61,108 nt of DNA from a virus (lineage: Duplodnaviria > Caudoviricetes), in the IMG/VR virus record IMGVR_UViG_3300031949_000741, positions 1 to 61,108 of that record. One strand, written 5' to 3'. The position numbers were made by a program, and so were the translations under genes. The notes beneath the pieces were generated by a model. The model made no database searches and was not told where the DNA came from. It saw only the letters and a list, made by a program, of their open reading frames with translations. Below, piece after piece: positions 16,324-27,218 of the stretch (position 1 is its first letter; each line of letters starts with the position of its first letter).

Positions 16324-16560
16324 ATGGCAGAAGAGAAGATGACACCTGAACAGGCAGAGGAAGCTAAGGTGAAGATGACCCGGTTCTATAAGGAACAGAT
16401 GGAGTATCTTACTACCCGCAAAGAATATGAAGAGACACTAGCTGAAATCGAGGAGGCTAAGATCAGGGCACTCAAGGCTAAGCTAGAATACATCACCATT
16501 CATAAAAATATGAAGGGGCCTGAGGAAGTACCAACTACTAATCAACCAACCAATTCATGA
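16324..16560 (+). CDS. Small coiled-coil protein
   Basis: ATG 16324 after TACATTTG (16283-16290); ATGA-coupled to the endolysin. Confidence 0.7.
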   Translation: MAEEKMTPEQAEEAKVKMTRFYKEQMEYLTTRKEYEETLAEIEEAKIRALKAKLEYITIHKNMKGPEEVPTTNQPTNS

Positions 16561-17549
16561 TATTAAAGAAAGGAGACAAGGGTTCTTCTGTAGCTAAACT
16601 CAGGAGCTTGCTTAATCTTACTTCAGGAAATCTCTTTGACCAGGAGACCGAAGTAGCTGTAAGAATATACCAGAAGTCTAAAGGCCTGTCAGCAGACGGT
16701 ATAATAGGTACTATCACGGCAACATCACTCGGGTTTAATCCTGAGGGATATCTATCTACAGATATATCTACGAGCTCATCACAGATCCGCCCCGCAAATC
16801 CCGGGCAGGATCTCAGCTTTTATGATACTCATTCCGGGTTACGCATCTACAAGAGCTATCTGGATAAAGATGAATACATCAGTGGAACATCCCCTAAACA
16901 GTGGCTGGCTCTTCACCACACGGCAGGAGGCCATGATCCCCACACAGTTATCAGGCAGTGGAATGATGATACCCGTGGTCGCATAGCCACACAGTTTGTT
17001 ATAGGAGGTATATCTACCACTAATGGCAGCGACATGCAGGATGGCAGGATTGTAGAATGCTTCCCTGACAAGGACTGGGCATATCACCTTGGAGAAAACG
17101 GAAGCTCTCATCTCCATCCCGAATCTGTAGCACTGGAGATTTGTAACTGGGGGTATCTTACTAAAGGAGGATACACCAGGAAACAACAATGGATAGCTAA
17201 AGACCCGGACAGATTCTATAACTATACAGGAGGTATTATTCCAGATAGTATGATATGTGATCTCACTTTCAAGTTCAAGGGTCATCAGTATTATCATCTC
17301 TATACAGATAAGCAGCTGGAGAGTCTTATCAGGCTTTCCAAAGAGATAGCCTCCCGCCACCCTAAGATAGATCTCAAAGCTGGTCTACATCAGTGGATAA
17401 GTTCCCAGAGCCCTAATGATGCCTTCGAGTTCAAAAAAGAAGCATATAATGGCACATCAAAGGGAGTATTCTCCCACAGTAATATCCGTGCAGATAAGAC
17501 AGATCTTTCACCGCAACCTAAACTCATACAAGCATTACAGAGTCTGTAA
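16557..17549 (+). CDS. Endolysin: peptidoglycan-binding domain plus type 2 N-acetylmuramoyl-L-alanine amidase
   Basis: LKKGDKG..V..L...YQ...GL.ADGIIG..T; ALHHTAG, WAYHLG, VALEICN and FSHSNIRADKTD. Confidence 0.9.
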   Translation: MILKKGDKGSSVAKLRSLLNLTSGNLFDQETEVAVRIYQKSKGLSADGIIGTITATSLGFNPEGYLSTDISTSSSQIRPANPGQDLSFYDTHSGLRIYKSYLDKDEYISGTSPKQWLALHHTAGGHDPHTVIRQWNDDTRGRIATQFVIGGISTTNGSDMQDGRIVECFPDKDWAYHLGENGSSHLHPESVALEICNWGYLTKGGYTRKQQWIAKDPDRFYNYTGGIIPDSMICDLTFKFKGHQYYHLYTDKQLESLIRLSKEIASRHPKIDLKAGLHQWISSQSPNDAFEFKKEAYNGTSKGVFSHSNIRADKTDLSPQPKLIQALQSL

Positions 17550-17550
17550 T

Positions 17551-17916
17551 ATGGCCATAGTTAACTTAGTAGATAAAAGAGTAAAGATGGATAAGTGGCA
17601 GATAGTAAAGTTTCAGCTACTTACTCACTGCTATATTAACCATATAGAACTAACTCCGTCTGAGTTAGACTCTTTAACTCTCTTAGGTTTACTTGGGGAG
17701 TGCAAGACTGCTACATTCTGTGAGGAAGCTGTAGATAAAGGTATTTTCGGTAATCCTCAGGCTGCCCGTAACTGCCTTATGAGAATAAGCAGAAAGACAG
17801 AACTCCTGAAGAAGACAGAAGGTTATAACTCTACGGTCAATATTCACCCTGTAGTAAAAGTACAGGCCAGTGGTAATATTATGCTGGACTTCAAATTCTT
17901 TAGTCTTGGTTCCTAA
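17551..17916 (+). CDS. Hypothetical protein, possibly winged-helix DNA-binding
   Basis: LTPSELDSLTLL...GNPQAARNCLMRI helix-turn-helix-like pattern. Confidence 0.55.
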   Translation: MAIVNLVDKRVKMDKWQIVKFQLLTHCYINHIELTPSELDSLTLLGLLGECKTATFCEEAVDKGIFGNPQAARNCLMRISRKTELLKKTEGYNSTVNIHPVVKVQASGNIMLDFKFFSLGS

Positions 17917-18316
17917 GAAGGCTAAAGAATTTATTAAACCTACTGCTACCAGGATGTATGCCTCTGAGCAGATGGTCAAAGATATAGTGGACTTCTTCTG
18001 GAAGGAACTTCACGACAGTGTTCGGGAGATGAAGAGTCACCGGATATTCATGAGTAACTTTGGCACCTTTGCTATCCGGCCAAACAAGGCACAGGAATTC
18101 AAGGAGAGAATGGAGAAGATAATAGCAGGTAGTAACCCTGACACAATGCAGAAGCACGCTATTCTTGAAGAGAACAAAGAGAGACTACGACTTGTAAATA
18201 ACCTATTGGCCATGGTTGAGGAAGATCTGGTTAAGCGGACAGAGATAAAGACTATAAGGAATGACCGGTATATTAGAGATATGGAAGAAAAGAGGAAAGA
18301 TTCTGGAGGGAATTAA
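17906..18316 (+). CDS. HU/IHF-like DNA-binding protein
   Basis: Helix-helix then RIFMSNFGTFAIR; TTG start inferred. Confidence 0.7.
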   Translation: MVPKKAKEFIKPTATRMYASEQMVKDIVDFFWKELHDSVREMKSHRIFMSNFGTFAIRPNKAQEFKERMEKIIAGSNPDTMQKHAILEENKERLRLVNNLLAMVEEDLVKRTEIKTIRNDRYIRDMEEKRKDSGGN

Positions 18317-18584
18317 GAACTCTGTCTTCACTAAGCAGCATGTAGAGGAGATAGCTCTTAAGAGAAAGGCTATCTGCGACTCATGCCCAAACCTTGACAC
18401 AGCAGGAGACACCTGTTTTATACCAGGTTCACAGCCTTGTTGCTCCCTATGCGGATGTAAGCTCTCCTTTAAACAGAGAGCCTTATCTGACAGGTGTGAT
18501 GAGGGACGGTGGGATTCCATCCTTTCAGATCAGGAGGAGGAGGCGCTTAATACAGCCCTTAACATAAAAGAGGAGGACCTATGA
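18261..18584 (+). CDS. Cys-rich, probably zinc-binding protein
   Basis: R..ICDSCP...CSLCGC.L..K.R....C...RW. Confidence 0.7.
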   Translation: MTGILEIWKKRGKILEGIKNSVFTKQHVEEIALKRKAICDSCPNLDTAGDTCFIPGSQPCCSLCGCKLSFKQRALSDRCDEGRWDSILSDQEEEALNTALNIKEEDL

Positions 18585-19417
18585 GTGTATACTTTAAAGA
18601 GGAAGATCACTCTTATCACAGTACGGATACACAGGAGAATATCCGGTGGACAGGAGTTACTACTCTTATCTCACAGTTTAAGCAGTCTTTTGATCCGGTT
18701 CTCTCTTCCGAGAAGGCATCAAAGAACCCTAAGTCTAAGTGGTTCGGACTTAGTCCCGAGAATATAAGAGGCCATTGGAAGGCAGAGACCCTCCGGTCTA
18801 TAGAGTTGGGGAAATGGTACCACTCCCAGAGAGAGAAAGATATCACAGATCTCGATACTCTTCGCAGAGATGGTATAGATCTACCAATCATAAGACCCCT
18901 GCTGCAGGATGGTATTAAGATAGCCCCTGACCAGAATCTTACCAATGGAGTCTACCCGGAGCACTTTGTTTACCTTAAGTCAGCAGGTATATGTGGACAG
19001 GCAGACAGAGTAGAAGTATTTTCAAGGATGGTTAACGTGCATGACTATAAGACTAATAAAGAGCTCAAGACCCAGGGATATAAAGGTTGGGACGGGATCA
19101 CCCAGAAGATGATTTCTCCATTCTCTCACTTAGAGGACTGCCATCTTCTGCACTATACTCTCCAATTAAGTATCTATCTTTATATTATACTTAAGCACAA
19201 CCCGACTCTTTTACCAGGCAGACTTACCATAGACCATATCATTTTTGAGACCGCAGGAAAGGACCCCTTCGGAAATCCAGTGACCAAGAGAGATTATAAT
19301 GGAGACCCTATAGTCAAGAGGGTTATACCCTATGAGGTATCCTATATGCGCTCAGAGGTAACCCTGATGATTCAGTGGCTGCAGGATAACAGAGATAAAC
19401 TAAAAACCAAAATATGA
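18581..19417 (+). CDS. PD-(D/E)XK (Cas4/RecB-like) nuclease
   Basis: GQADRV, HDYKTNK and YTLQLSIY motifs. Confidence 0.85.
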   Translation: MSVYFKEEDHSYHSTDTQENIRWTGVTTLISQFKQSFDPVLSSEKASKNPKSKWFGLSPENIRGHWKAETLRSIELGKWYHSQREKDITDLDTLRRDGIDLPIIRPLLQDGIKIAPDQNLTNGVYPEHFVYLKSAGICGQADRVEVFSRMVNVHDYKTNKELKTQGYKGWDGITQKMISPFSHLEDCHLLHYTLQLSIYLYIILKHNPTLLPGRLTIDHIIFETAGKDPFGNPVTKRDYNGDPIVKRVIPYEVSYMRSEVTLMIQWLQDNRDKLKTKI

Positions 19418-19704
19418 TAAAGAATAAGCACAAAGTACCTCTTAAACTCTGGAGAAGCTTTAGAGATTACAAGTCCAAGAAGGCCTACAACAAGATAATG
19501 GACCTGATGTTACATAACCAGTGGATGTTTATGCATCCTAAGAGTAAACTCTTAAGTAAGACTTACTGGGAGACAGTTTCCCATAACTCAGCATGCAATG
19601 CAGCTTGGTTGGCAGCAGAGATACCTCTGCCTCAAACAGGAGACGAGATAATAGATATCAACCCCTACACCGGCAGAAAAGTCAGAAGCAACATAGTTAA
19701 GTAA
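19414..19704 (+). CDS. Hypothetical basic protein
   Basis: Overlaps both neighbours in the operon. Confidence 0.65.
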   Translation: MIKNKHKVPLKLWRSFRDYKSKKAYNKIMDLMLHNQWMFMHPKSKLLSKTYWETVSHNSACNAAWLAAEIPLPQTGDEIIDINPYTGRKVRSNIVK

Positions 19705-20222
19705 TGATAGTACGGATCTTTGATATATCAGATGGTAAAGTAGTTCCCTCTGAGCACTGTTATGCTGTAGGAGCACTTAAGTCGGTTATGGATAAGTTTC
19801 CCGATAACTTCCTGCAGGTCTACCAATATGTCTTCTATATGACATGCCCTAACCCGGAGCTTAATCCCTTTGCCAATATAGCCGAGGATGACAAGGAATC
19901 TATGGTTATAAGAGAGATAGGTATCAACTTCTCTCTCGACGATTCCACCATAACCACAGCTCTCGAGTTTTGCTCTCAGGTATATGATACCCCCACATCC
20001 AGGGCATATAGAGCCATCAAGATTATGCTGGATAACCTTTCCACCTATATGTCAGAAACTAAATTCACTCACGGAAGAGACGGGAGTATAGGAGGACTTA
20101 TCAGAGCAGGGAAAGACTTTGATGATATACGTAAATCCTATAAAGGGATATACAGTGACTTTATGGATGAGCAGAAGAGCCGGGTCAGAGGAGGCAGCGA
20201 GCTGGCCTATGACCAGAAGTAA
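19704..20222 (+). CDS. Conserved protein, putative terminase small subunit
   Basis: Helical 172-aa protein directly upstream of terL. Confidence 0.55.
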   Translation: MIVRIFDISDGKVVPSEHCYAVGALKSVMDKFPDNFLQVYQYVFYMTCPNPELNPFANIAEDDKESMVIREIGINFSLDDSTITTALEFCSQVYDTPTSRAYRAIKIMLDNLSTYMSETKFTHGRDGSIGGLIRAGKDFDDIRKSYKGIYSDFMDEQKSRVRGGSELAYDQK

Positions 20223-20224
20223 AG

Positions 20225-22435
20225 ATGAACTTTGAACTCTATAAGCAGATACCTACCTGGGAAAACGGAGTCTGGACCTATACACAGTTCCATACTCTTG
20301 AAGATCTCAGGAAGTATCTTATACCTTTGTTTAAGGAGCCGGGAAAGTATAAGTTCAATGAGATCTCCCACGAGTTTAACCGGGAAGCCAGATCCTGGAG
20401 GCAGAATAAATATTATTCTCTTGCTCCCAAAGGTACTAAGGATTATCTCACCTACTGGGATTCTCAGAAAGAGAGATGCCGGAAAGGAGCTATCTTTAAA
20501 GAAGGTAAGACTACATGGTACATCCCCCGGGATTACTATATGTGGCTAAACTATCTTCCCATTAAGGATAAGGAACAGGGTAAGTATGACTTTGCCCAGG
20601 TCAGGGATGCACAGTATCACCTGGCTCTCTACGAAATTCTGGCAGAGATACACTACAGACACTCCATTATTCTCAAGAAAAGACAAATCGCGTCGAGTTA
20701 CTTCCACTGTGCCAAGCTTCTCAACCAGATATGGTTTGAGGAGGGACCTGTCCTCAAGATAGGAGCCTCCCTTAAGGACTACATTAATGAGAAGGGCAGC
20801 TGGAAGTTTCTTAATGAGTATAAGGACTTCCTTAACAGACATACCGCCTGGATCAGAGGTATGGATCCCGGCAAGCCCATGAACTGGCAACAGAAAGATA
20901 AACTACTTGTTAACAGACGGTGGGTGGAATCCGGACTAAAGGGAGTGATCCAAGGCTTCTCTTTTGAATCAAGCGCTACTAGTGGAGTAGGAGGAGAGAC
21001 TACTTACTTCTTTCATGAAGAGGCAGGAATCGCACCGAAGATGGATGAGACATTCGAGTACCTCAGACCAGCCATGCAGTCCGGCGCAATAACTACCGGT
21101 ATGTTTATAGCTGCAGGGTCTGTAGGAGACCTTGACCAGTGTAACCCTCTTAAAGAGATGGTTCTTAACCCGGAGGCTAATGATATCTACTCTGTAGAGA
21201 CAGATCTCCTTGATGACAAAGGAACAAGAGGAGTCACCAGCCTGTTTATTCCGGAGCAGTGGTCCATGCCCCCATGTATAGATAAATACGGAAACTCCAA
21301 GATAGCAGAGTCCCTGAAGATTATAGAAGATCTAAGGTCTAAGTGGAAGAAAGAGCTCACACCCGAGAAATACCGTCTCCGTATATCTCAGCACCCCACC
21401 AATATATACGAGGCCTTTGCATACAGGAATGAGTCAAAGTTCTCAATGCATCTCATAGCAGCACAGGAGAAACGTATATCCGAGAAGGAATATCCATGCG
21501 AATACCTAGACATGGAGAGAGACTCAGACGGTAAGATAGATCCCCGCCCTTCCAAACGTCTTCCGATAAAAGAGTTTCCTATAAGAAAAGCGGAGGAGGA
21601 TAAAAGAGCATGTCTTGTGGTATGGGAGAGACCCCTTAAGGATGCTCCTTGGGGAACGTACTATGGATCTATAGATCCTGTTGGTGAAGGGAGGACAACT
21701 ACATCAGAATCACTATGTTGCATATATATATATAAGAATCCTCTTGAGGTGACCCGTATAGATAGTGCTACTAAGGAAACCAAAACCCATATTGAGAGAG
21801 ATAAAATAGTAGCTTCCTGGTGCGGACGCTATGATGACCTTACCAAGACTCACGAAATGCTCGAGAAGATTATCGAGTGGTATAATGCGTGGACCATCAT
21901 AGAGAATAATATCTCCCAGTTCCTCCAGTACATGATCTCCCGCAGGAAGCAGAAGTACCTTGTCACTAAAGACCAGATACTCTTTCTCAAAGATCTGGGA
22001 GCTAACACTAATGTCTACCAGGAATACGGCTGGCGTAATGTAGGAACCCTCTTTAAATCTCACCTTCTAAGTTATGGAGTGGAGTATCTCAAGGAGGAAC
22101 TTGATCACGAGACCAGCTCCACAGGAGAAATTATGAAGACTATCTATGGGGTAGAGAGAATTCCCGACCCTATGTTACTTGAGGAAATGAAACAGTACCA
22201 GGACGGACTCAACGTAGACCGTCTTGTAACCTACTGTGCCCTTATAGCTTTTGCCAAGGTGCAACAGGCTAACAGAGGTTACCGTAAACTTACCGAGTAT
22301 ACTTCGTCGAAGCCTTCCGAAAAGTCCGTAGATTTGCGTAAGTCCACGAATCTTCCCTTCAGGCACGTAGGTAGAAATATGCCAACTACCACCTCCGGAA
22401 GATCTGTGAGAAAACCGTTTAAGAACTTAAGATAG
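20225..22435 (+). CDS. terL: Terminase large subunit (crAss-like)
   Basis: ILKKRQIASS (Walker A region), FFHEEAG (Walker B), nuclease GSIDPVGEG and NVDRLV. Confidence 0.92.
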   Translation: MNFELYKQIPTWENGVWTYTQFHTLEDLRKYLIPLFKEPGKYKFNEISHEFNREARSWRQNKYYSLAPKGTKDYLTYWDSQKERCRKGAIFKEGKTTWYIPRDYYMWLNYLPIKDKEQGKYDFAQVRDAQYHLALYEILAEIHYRHSIILKKRQIASSYFHCAKLLNQIWFEEGPVLKIGASLKDYINEKGSWKFLNEYKDFLNRHTAWIRGMDPGKPMNWQQKDKLLVNRRWVESGLKGVIQGFSFESSATSGVGGETTYFFHEEAGIAPKMDETFEYLRPAMQSGAITTGMFIAAGSVGDLDQCNPLKEMVLNPEANDIYSVETDLLDDKGTRGVTSLFIPEQWSMPPCIDKYGNSKIAESLKIIEDLRSKWKKELTPEKYRLRISQHPTNIYEAFAYRNESKFSMHLIAAQEKRISEKEYPCEYLDMERDSDGKIDPRPSKRLPIKEFPIRKAEEDKRACLVVWERPLKDAPWGTYYGSIDPVGEGRTTTSESLCCIYIYKNPLEVTRIDSATKETKTHIERDKIVASWCGRYDDLTKTHEMLEKIIEWYNAWTIIENNISQFLQYMISRRKQKYLVTKDQILFLKDLGANTNVYQEYGWRNVGTLFKSHLLSYGVEYLKEELDHETSSTGEIMKTIYGVERIPDPMLLEEMKQYQDGLNVDRLVTYCALIAFAKVQQANRGYRKLTEYTSSKPSEKSVDLRKSTNLPFRHVGRNMPTTTSGRSVRKPFKNLR

Positions 22436-22439
22436 AGCT

Positions 22440-25202
22440 ATGAGAGTTTTAAATGCTATGGATCTCAAAGCTGGAGCTAAAGCAGAGCGTTCCCGCCTCG
22501 GAACTATCACCCAACCCCTCCAGTTCCTACCCAGAGAAGAGAAGGATGATGAATGGCTTGCATGGAATGCAGATTGGCTCGAGTTCAACGGACTCAAGCA
22601 AATCCGTCGTAATGCCCGCAGACTCCTAAAGAACTATAAGCTGGCTAATGGTATTATAGACCGGTCAGACTATATAGTTGAGGAGGATAACGACTATAAA
22701 GATATGGTAGATATCCTTGCTAAGGATGAGCCCTCCGCCCTGGAACTTAAGTTCTATCCTATAGTCCCCAACATTATAAATGTTCTCACCAGTGAGTTCG
22801 CCAAACGTAATGCCAAGGTAACCTTCTATGCTGTAGATGACTTTTCCTATAATGAGATGCTGGAAAGCAAGAGAGAGATGGTAGAGAAAACCCTGCTGGC
22901 AGATGCACAGATGAAACTTCTCAGCAAGATGATAGAGATGGGACTGGATCCCGACAGCCCCGAAGCTCAGCAGCAGATGTCCCCCGAGAATCTAAAGACA
23001 CTTCCCGAAATACAGGAGTTCTTCAAGAAAGACTACAGGGGTATAGCAGAGCAGTGGGCAGCCCACCAGCACCGTGATGACATCGAACGATTCAAGATGG
23101 ATGAGCTGGAGGAACGGGGTTTCCGGGACAGCCTTGTAACAGACAGAGAATTCTGGCACTTCCGCATGATGGAAGATGACTATGATATCGAACTCTGGAA
23201 TCCGGTAACTACCTTCTATCATAAATCTCCGTATGTCAGGTATACCTCCCAAGGAACTTATGCCGGGAATATAGAACTTATGACTGTGGCCGATACTCTT
23301 AACAGACTCGGCCCGATAATGACTCAGGAGCAAAGAGAATCCCTCGAGGCGGTAATGCCAGCACATGCTGCAGGATACACTATGCAAGGATACCAGAATG
23401 ATGGATCTTACTATGATGCTACACGATCCCATAAGTGGAACACAAATCCTCCGTCTCTTGCCTACAGACAGTTTACATCTATGAGAGACGGTCTCTCTAG
23501 TGATGGAGGAGATATCATCAGCTGGATTATGGGAGAGTCAGAGGACTACACAGGATTCAGTAATGCAGATCTCCTGAGAGTCTCTACTATGTACTGGAAG
23601 ACCCAAAGAAAAGTAGGCTGGCTTACCAAAATAGATGACCAGGGACAGGTACATGAAGAGATTGTGATAGATGAGTCCTACAGAGTAACAGATAAGCCTA
23701 TCTATGACACTACCTTTATGAAGAACAAGACCACTGAGAATCTTCTCTTTGGAGAACATATTGAGTGGATATGGGTAAATGAAACATGGGGATTAACAAA
23801 GGTAGGACCTAACAGACCTACATATCTGGGTATGGAAAGTAACGATAATCTTAGTCCTATGTACTTAGGTATAACCTCCAATAAACCCGGTCCTCTCAGG
23901 TTTCAGTTCAAGGGAGATCACAGTGTCTATGGATGCAAGATACCTGTAGAAGGAGCTGTCTTTTCAGACAGGAATTCCAGATCCACCTCACTCGTAGACA
24001 GGACTAAGCCTTTCCAGGTAGGGTACAACATGGTCAATAACCAGATAGCTGATATACTTATAGATGAACTGGGGACAGTTGTAATGCTTGATCAGAATGC
24101 TCTCCCGAAACACTCACTCGGAGAAGACTGGGGAAAGAATTCCTATGCTAATGCCTATGTAGCTATGAAGGATTTCCAGATACTACCTCTTGATACTTCT
24201 ATTACTAATACGGAGAACCCACTTCACTTTCAGCATTTCCAGACTCTCAACCTTGAGCAAACACAGAGATTCCTCTCCAGGATAAATCTTGCTAACTACT
24301 TTAAGCAGCAAGCCTTCGAAGCTATAGGTATTACACCTCAGAGACTAGGTCAGCAAATAGGACAGACCAACACAGCTCAGGGAGTAGAGCAGGCAGTAGC
24401 CGGTTCTTATGCCCAGACTGAGATGTACTTTATACAACACTCAGATTATCTCATGCCCCGGGTACATCAGATGAGAACAGATCTTGCACAGTTCTACCAG
24501 GCAACTAAGCCCTCCCTCAGACTTCAGTATACTACTTCTGCAGATGAGAGAATATACTTTGAGATGAATGGTAAGGATCTTCTTACTACTGATATTAACG
24601 TCTACTGTACTACTAAGGCTAATCACCGTGCAGTTATAGAGAAGATGAAGGATCTCGCCTTGGGAAATAATACCTCCGGAGCTACTATATATGACCTCGG
24701 AAATATCATGCAGGCAGACTCCCTCTCTCAACTAAGCCAGACTCTTAAGACCATAGAAGAGAAAGCAACAACCCGTAATCAGGAAGCTATGCAGTCTGCA
24801 GAACGTGTAAAACAGATGGAGGTAGAAGGTCGTATCAGGGAGAAGCAGATTGAACTTGACGTAGAAGAAAGGGAGAGTGAGAAGGATCGTCGTAAGGACA
24901 TCCTTGTAGCGGAAATACGTGCCGCAGGATATGGAGCTATGCAGGATATCAACCAGAATGCCATAAGTGACTTCCAGGATGTGCTCTCAGATATAAGAAC
25001 TACCGAGCAGTATAAAGATCAGATGACTCTGGAGACTACTAAGTTAAGTGATAAAAGACTTGATAATTCAGAGAAGATTAAGATCCAGAGAGACAAGATA
25101 GCCCTGGAGAAAGAGAAGGCTACTATAGCCCTGCAGATAGCCAGAGAAAATAAGAACAAGTACGACACTCCAAACCCAAAAAGTAGAAAGGGGAAGAAGT
25201 GA
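22440..25202 (+). CDS. Portal protein
   Basis: 920 aa after terL; FYPIVPNIINVL..E..KR, GITPQRLG and a long C-terminal coiled coil as in crAss-like portals. Confidence 0.88.
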   Translation: MRVLNAMDLKAGAKAERSRLGTITQPLQFLPREEKDDEWLAWNADWLEFNGLKQIRRNARRLLKNYKLANGIIDRSDYIVEEDNDYKDMVDILAKDEPSALELKFYPIVPNIINVLTSEFAKRNAKVTFYAVDDFSYNEMLESKREMVEKTLLADAQMKLLSKMIEMGLDPDSPEAQQQMSPENLKTLPEIQEFFKKDYRGIAEQWAAHQHRDDIERFKMDELEERGFRDSLVTDREFWHFRMMEDDYDIELWNPVTTFYHKSPYVRYTSQGTYAGNIELMTVADTLNRLGPIMTQEQRESLEAVMPAHAAGYTMQGYQNDGSYYDATRSHKWNTNPPSLAYRQFTSMRDGLSSDGGDIISWIMGESEDYTGFSNADLLRVSTMYWKTQRKVGWLTKIDDQGQVHEEIVIDESYRVTDKPIYDTTFMKNKTTENLLFGEHIEWIWVNETWGLTKVGPNRPTYLGMESNDNLSPMYLGITSNKPGPLRFQFKGDHSVYGCKIPVEGAVFSDRNSRSTSLVDRTKPFQVGYNMVNNQIADILIDELGTVVMLDQNALPKHSLGEDWGKNSYANAYVAMKDFQILPLDTSITNTENPLHFQHFQTLNLEQTQRFLSRINLANYFKQQAFEAIGITPQRLGQQIGQTNTAQGVEQAVAGSYAQTEMYFIQHSDYLMPRVHQMRTDLAQFYQATKPSLRLQYTTSADERIYFEMNGKDLLTTDINVYCTTKANHRAVIEKMKDLALGNNTSGATIYDLGNIMQADSLSQLSQTLKTIEEKATTRNQEAMQSAERVKQMEVEGRIREKQIELDVEERESEKDRRKDILVAEIRAAGYGAMQDINQNAISDFQDVLSDIRTTEQYKDQMTLETTKLSDKRLDNSEKIKIQRDKIALEKEKATIALQIARENKNKYDTPNPKSRKGKK

Positions 25203-25313
25203 TAGCTATAAGATGCACTAAAAGTTATGGTTTAGACCCCATAACTTCAACTCCTACGGGTTTAGTCCTTAACTTTGCTTATACACTATGAGACTAATAA
25301 TAAACCAACCATA

Positions 25314-26561
25314 ATGTCTACACCACAACAACCAGCCAGTGCCACCACTGTAACCCAGGTGGAAGTGGAGGACCTCACTCAGATACTCTCTATGCCGGGA
25401 GCTGAGAATGTAATGGTCCCCTCTAACGGTAAACCAGGATTCTTTCAGACAAAGAAGGTGGATCCTGTGAAGTTCCTTGACACTCCAGATGATCCGGATC
25501 CCACCGATCCGCCAGTAGAGGATCCTCCTCCAACTGACTCGGATCCTATTGATCCGCTATTAGCTGATCCCAACCCTCTGGACCCTCCTGTAGATCCTGC
25601 ATCAGCAAATCCTATAGTACCTAAAGCCGGTCGCAAGAGTGGACTGGTAGAGCTGTTTTCTACAGCTATAGAAAAGGGAGTTCTTGTAGGGTTCGAGGAA
25701 GATAAATCCCTGGATAAGTATACAGTAAATGACTTTCAGGAACTTCTCGAAGCTAATATCAAGCATAAGGAGGAGTCACTCCAAAAGCAGCTACAGAAGG
25801 ACTTCTTCAACAGCCTGCCTGAGGAAGTAAGAATACCTTATCAGTATGCACGTAACGGGGGAGACGACTTTAAGGGTCTCTACAGAGCACTTTCACAAGT
25901 GGAAGAGTCAATAGACCTTAATCCTGATAACGAGTCTCACCAGGAACTTATAGTCCGTAACTATCTCCAGGCTACCAAGTTTGGTACAGATGATGAGATT
26001 ACGGAAGAGATAACAAGCTGGAAAGACCGTGGAGATCTTCCTGCCAAGGCTAAGAAATTCAAGCCGAAGCTGGATAATATGACCCAACAAATCGTAGCAG
26101 CTAAGTTAGAGAGACAGAATCAGATGAGACAGCAACAAGTAGATGCCGCCAACGATTATACCGACAGTGTTTATGAAACACTTAAGCCCGGAGATCTCAA
26201 CGGTATCAAGCTGGATAAGAGAGTACAGAACACCCTCTATGCAGGTCTGACACAGCCTAATTATCCTTCTATTACAGGAAAGATGACTAACCTGTTCGGA
26301 CATCTCATAGAGAAGTATCAGTTTGTAGAGCCTAATCATGCCCTCATAGCTGAGGCCCTATGGTTACTCTCAAACCCTGAAGATTACCGGAAGAAAATTA
26401 TGGAGCAGGGCTCCAAGAAGACAGTGCAGAACACAGTCCGTACTCTTAAGACAGAGCAGACCAGAAGTCTTAATGGGGGAACGGTAGATGACGATCCGGA
26501 TGATATCTCCAGAAAGAAGGGTCTAAAACGTAACCAGGACACCTTCTTCAAGAGAGACTAG
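25314..26561 (+). CDS. Putative scaffold protein
   Basis: Between portal and capsid; Asp/Pro-rich N-terminal region then helical; promoter TAACTTTG at 25270-25277. Confidence 0.65.
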   Translation: MSTPQQPASATTVTQVEVEDLTQILSMPGAENVMVPSNGKPGFFQTKKVDPVKFLDTPDDPDPTDPPVEDPPPTDSDPIDPLLADPNPLDPPVDPASANPIVPKAGRKSGLVELFSTAIEKGVLVGFEEDKSLDKYTVNDFQELLEANIKHKEESLQKQLQKDFFNSLPEEVRIPYQYARNGGDDFKGLYRALSQVEESIDLNPDNESHQELIVRNYLQATKFGTDDEITEEITSWKDRGDLPAKAKKFKPKLDNMTQQIVAAKLERQNQMRQQQVDAANDYTDSVYETLKPGDLNGIKLDKRVQNTLYAGLTQPNYPSITGKMTNLFGHLIEKYQFVEPNHALIAEALWLLSNPEDYRKKIMEQGSKKTVQNTVRTLKTEQTRSLNGGTVDDDPDDISRKKGLKRNQDTFFKRD

Positions 26562-27206
26562 ATGAGCACTGAAGGAACATATTACGTATACAGACACATC
26601 CGACCCGATAAGAACCAAGTGTTCTATATAGGTATAGGGTCTGAGAAGTACGGAAGAGCTAAGGAGACTAGGAAGAGAAGTAAGTGGTGGAATCATATAG
26701 TACAGAAGAATGAGGGGCAGTATAGAATAGATATTATACTAAGAGGACTGAGTAGAAATCTAGCTGTTGAAAAGGAGAGAGAATTTATAGCTCTCTACGG
26801 ACGAAGATCTCATGGAGAAGGAACCTTGGTAAATTTTCAAGATTCCGATGATAGGAGACTAGGTTATAAGATGACAGAGAGCAACAAGAAAAAGCTGTCC
26901 GAGATAATGAAGGGGAACACTTATGGTAAAGGTTTTAAGTGGTCTCAAGAGAAGAAGGAACACTTCTCTAAGATAAGAACCGGAGCAAGTACTGCCCTAA
27001 AAGGTAGAAGTTGGTCCGAGGAGATAAAGAGAAAGATGAGTCTAGGACACTTAGGTAACCCCTCTCACAGAGGGAAAGTATGGATAAATAATGGAACTAA
27101 TAGTACCTTAGTATATAAAGATGAAGAGATACCAGCGGGATGGAGAAGAGGACGACAAGGAGGCTGGTTCTTCACGAGAAGTAAAACAATAAGTAGTAAC
27201 ACCTAA
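26562..27206 (+). CDS. Free-standing GIY-YIG homing endonuclease with NUMOD3-like repeats
   Basis: YYVYRH...FYIGIG...R; MTESNKKKLSE, WSQEKKEHFSK, WSEEIKRKMSL; WINNG...GWRRGR. Confidence 0.88.
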   Translation: MSTEGTYYVYRHIRPDKNQVFYIGIGSEKYGRAKETRKRSKWWNHIVQKNEGQYRIDIILRGLSRNLAVEKEREFIALYGRRSHGEGTLVNFQDSDDRRLGYKMTESNKKKLSEIMKGNTYGKGFKWSQEKKEHFSKIRTGASTALKGRSWSEEIKRKMSLGHLGNPSHRGKVWINNGTNSTLVYKDEEIPAGWRRGRQGGWFFTRSKTISSNT

Positions 27207-27218
27207 AAACACATAAAT

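Noticed and set aside
25480-25610. GATCC-rich repeats in the scaffold gene
   Set aside because: Explained by a low-complexity Asp-Pro protein linker
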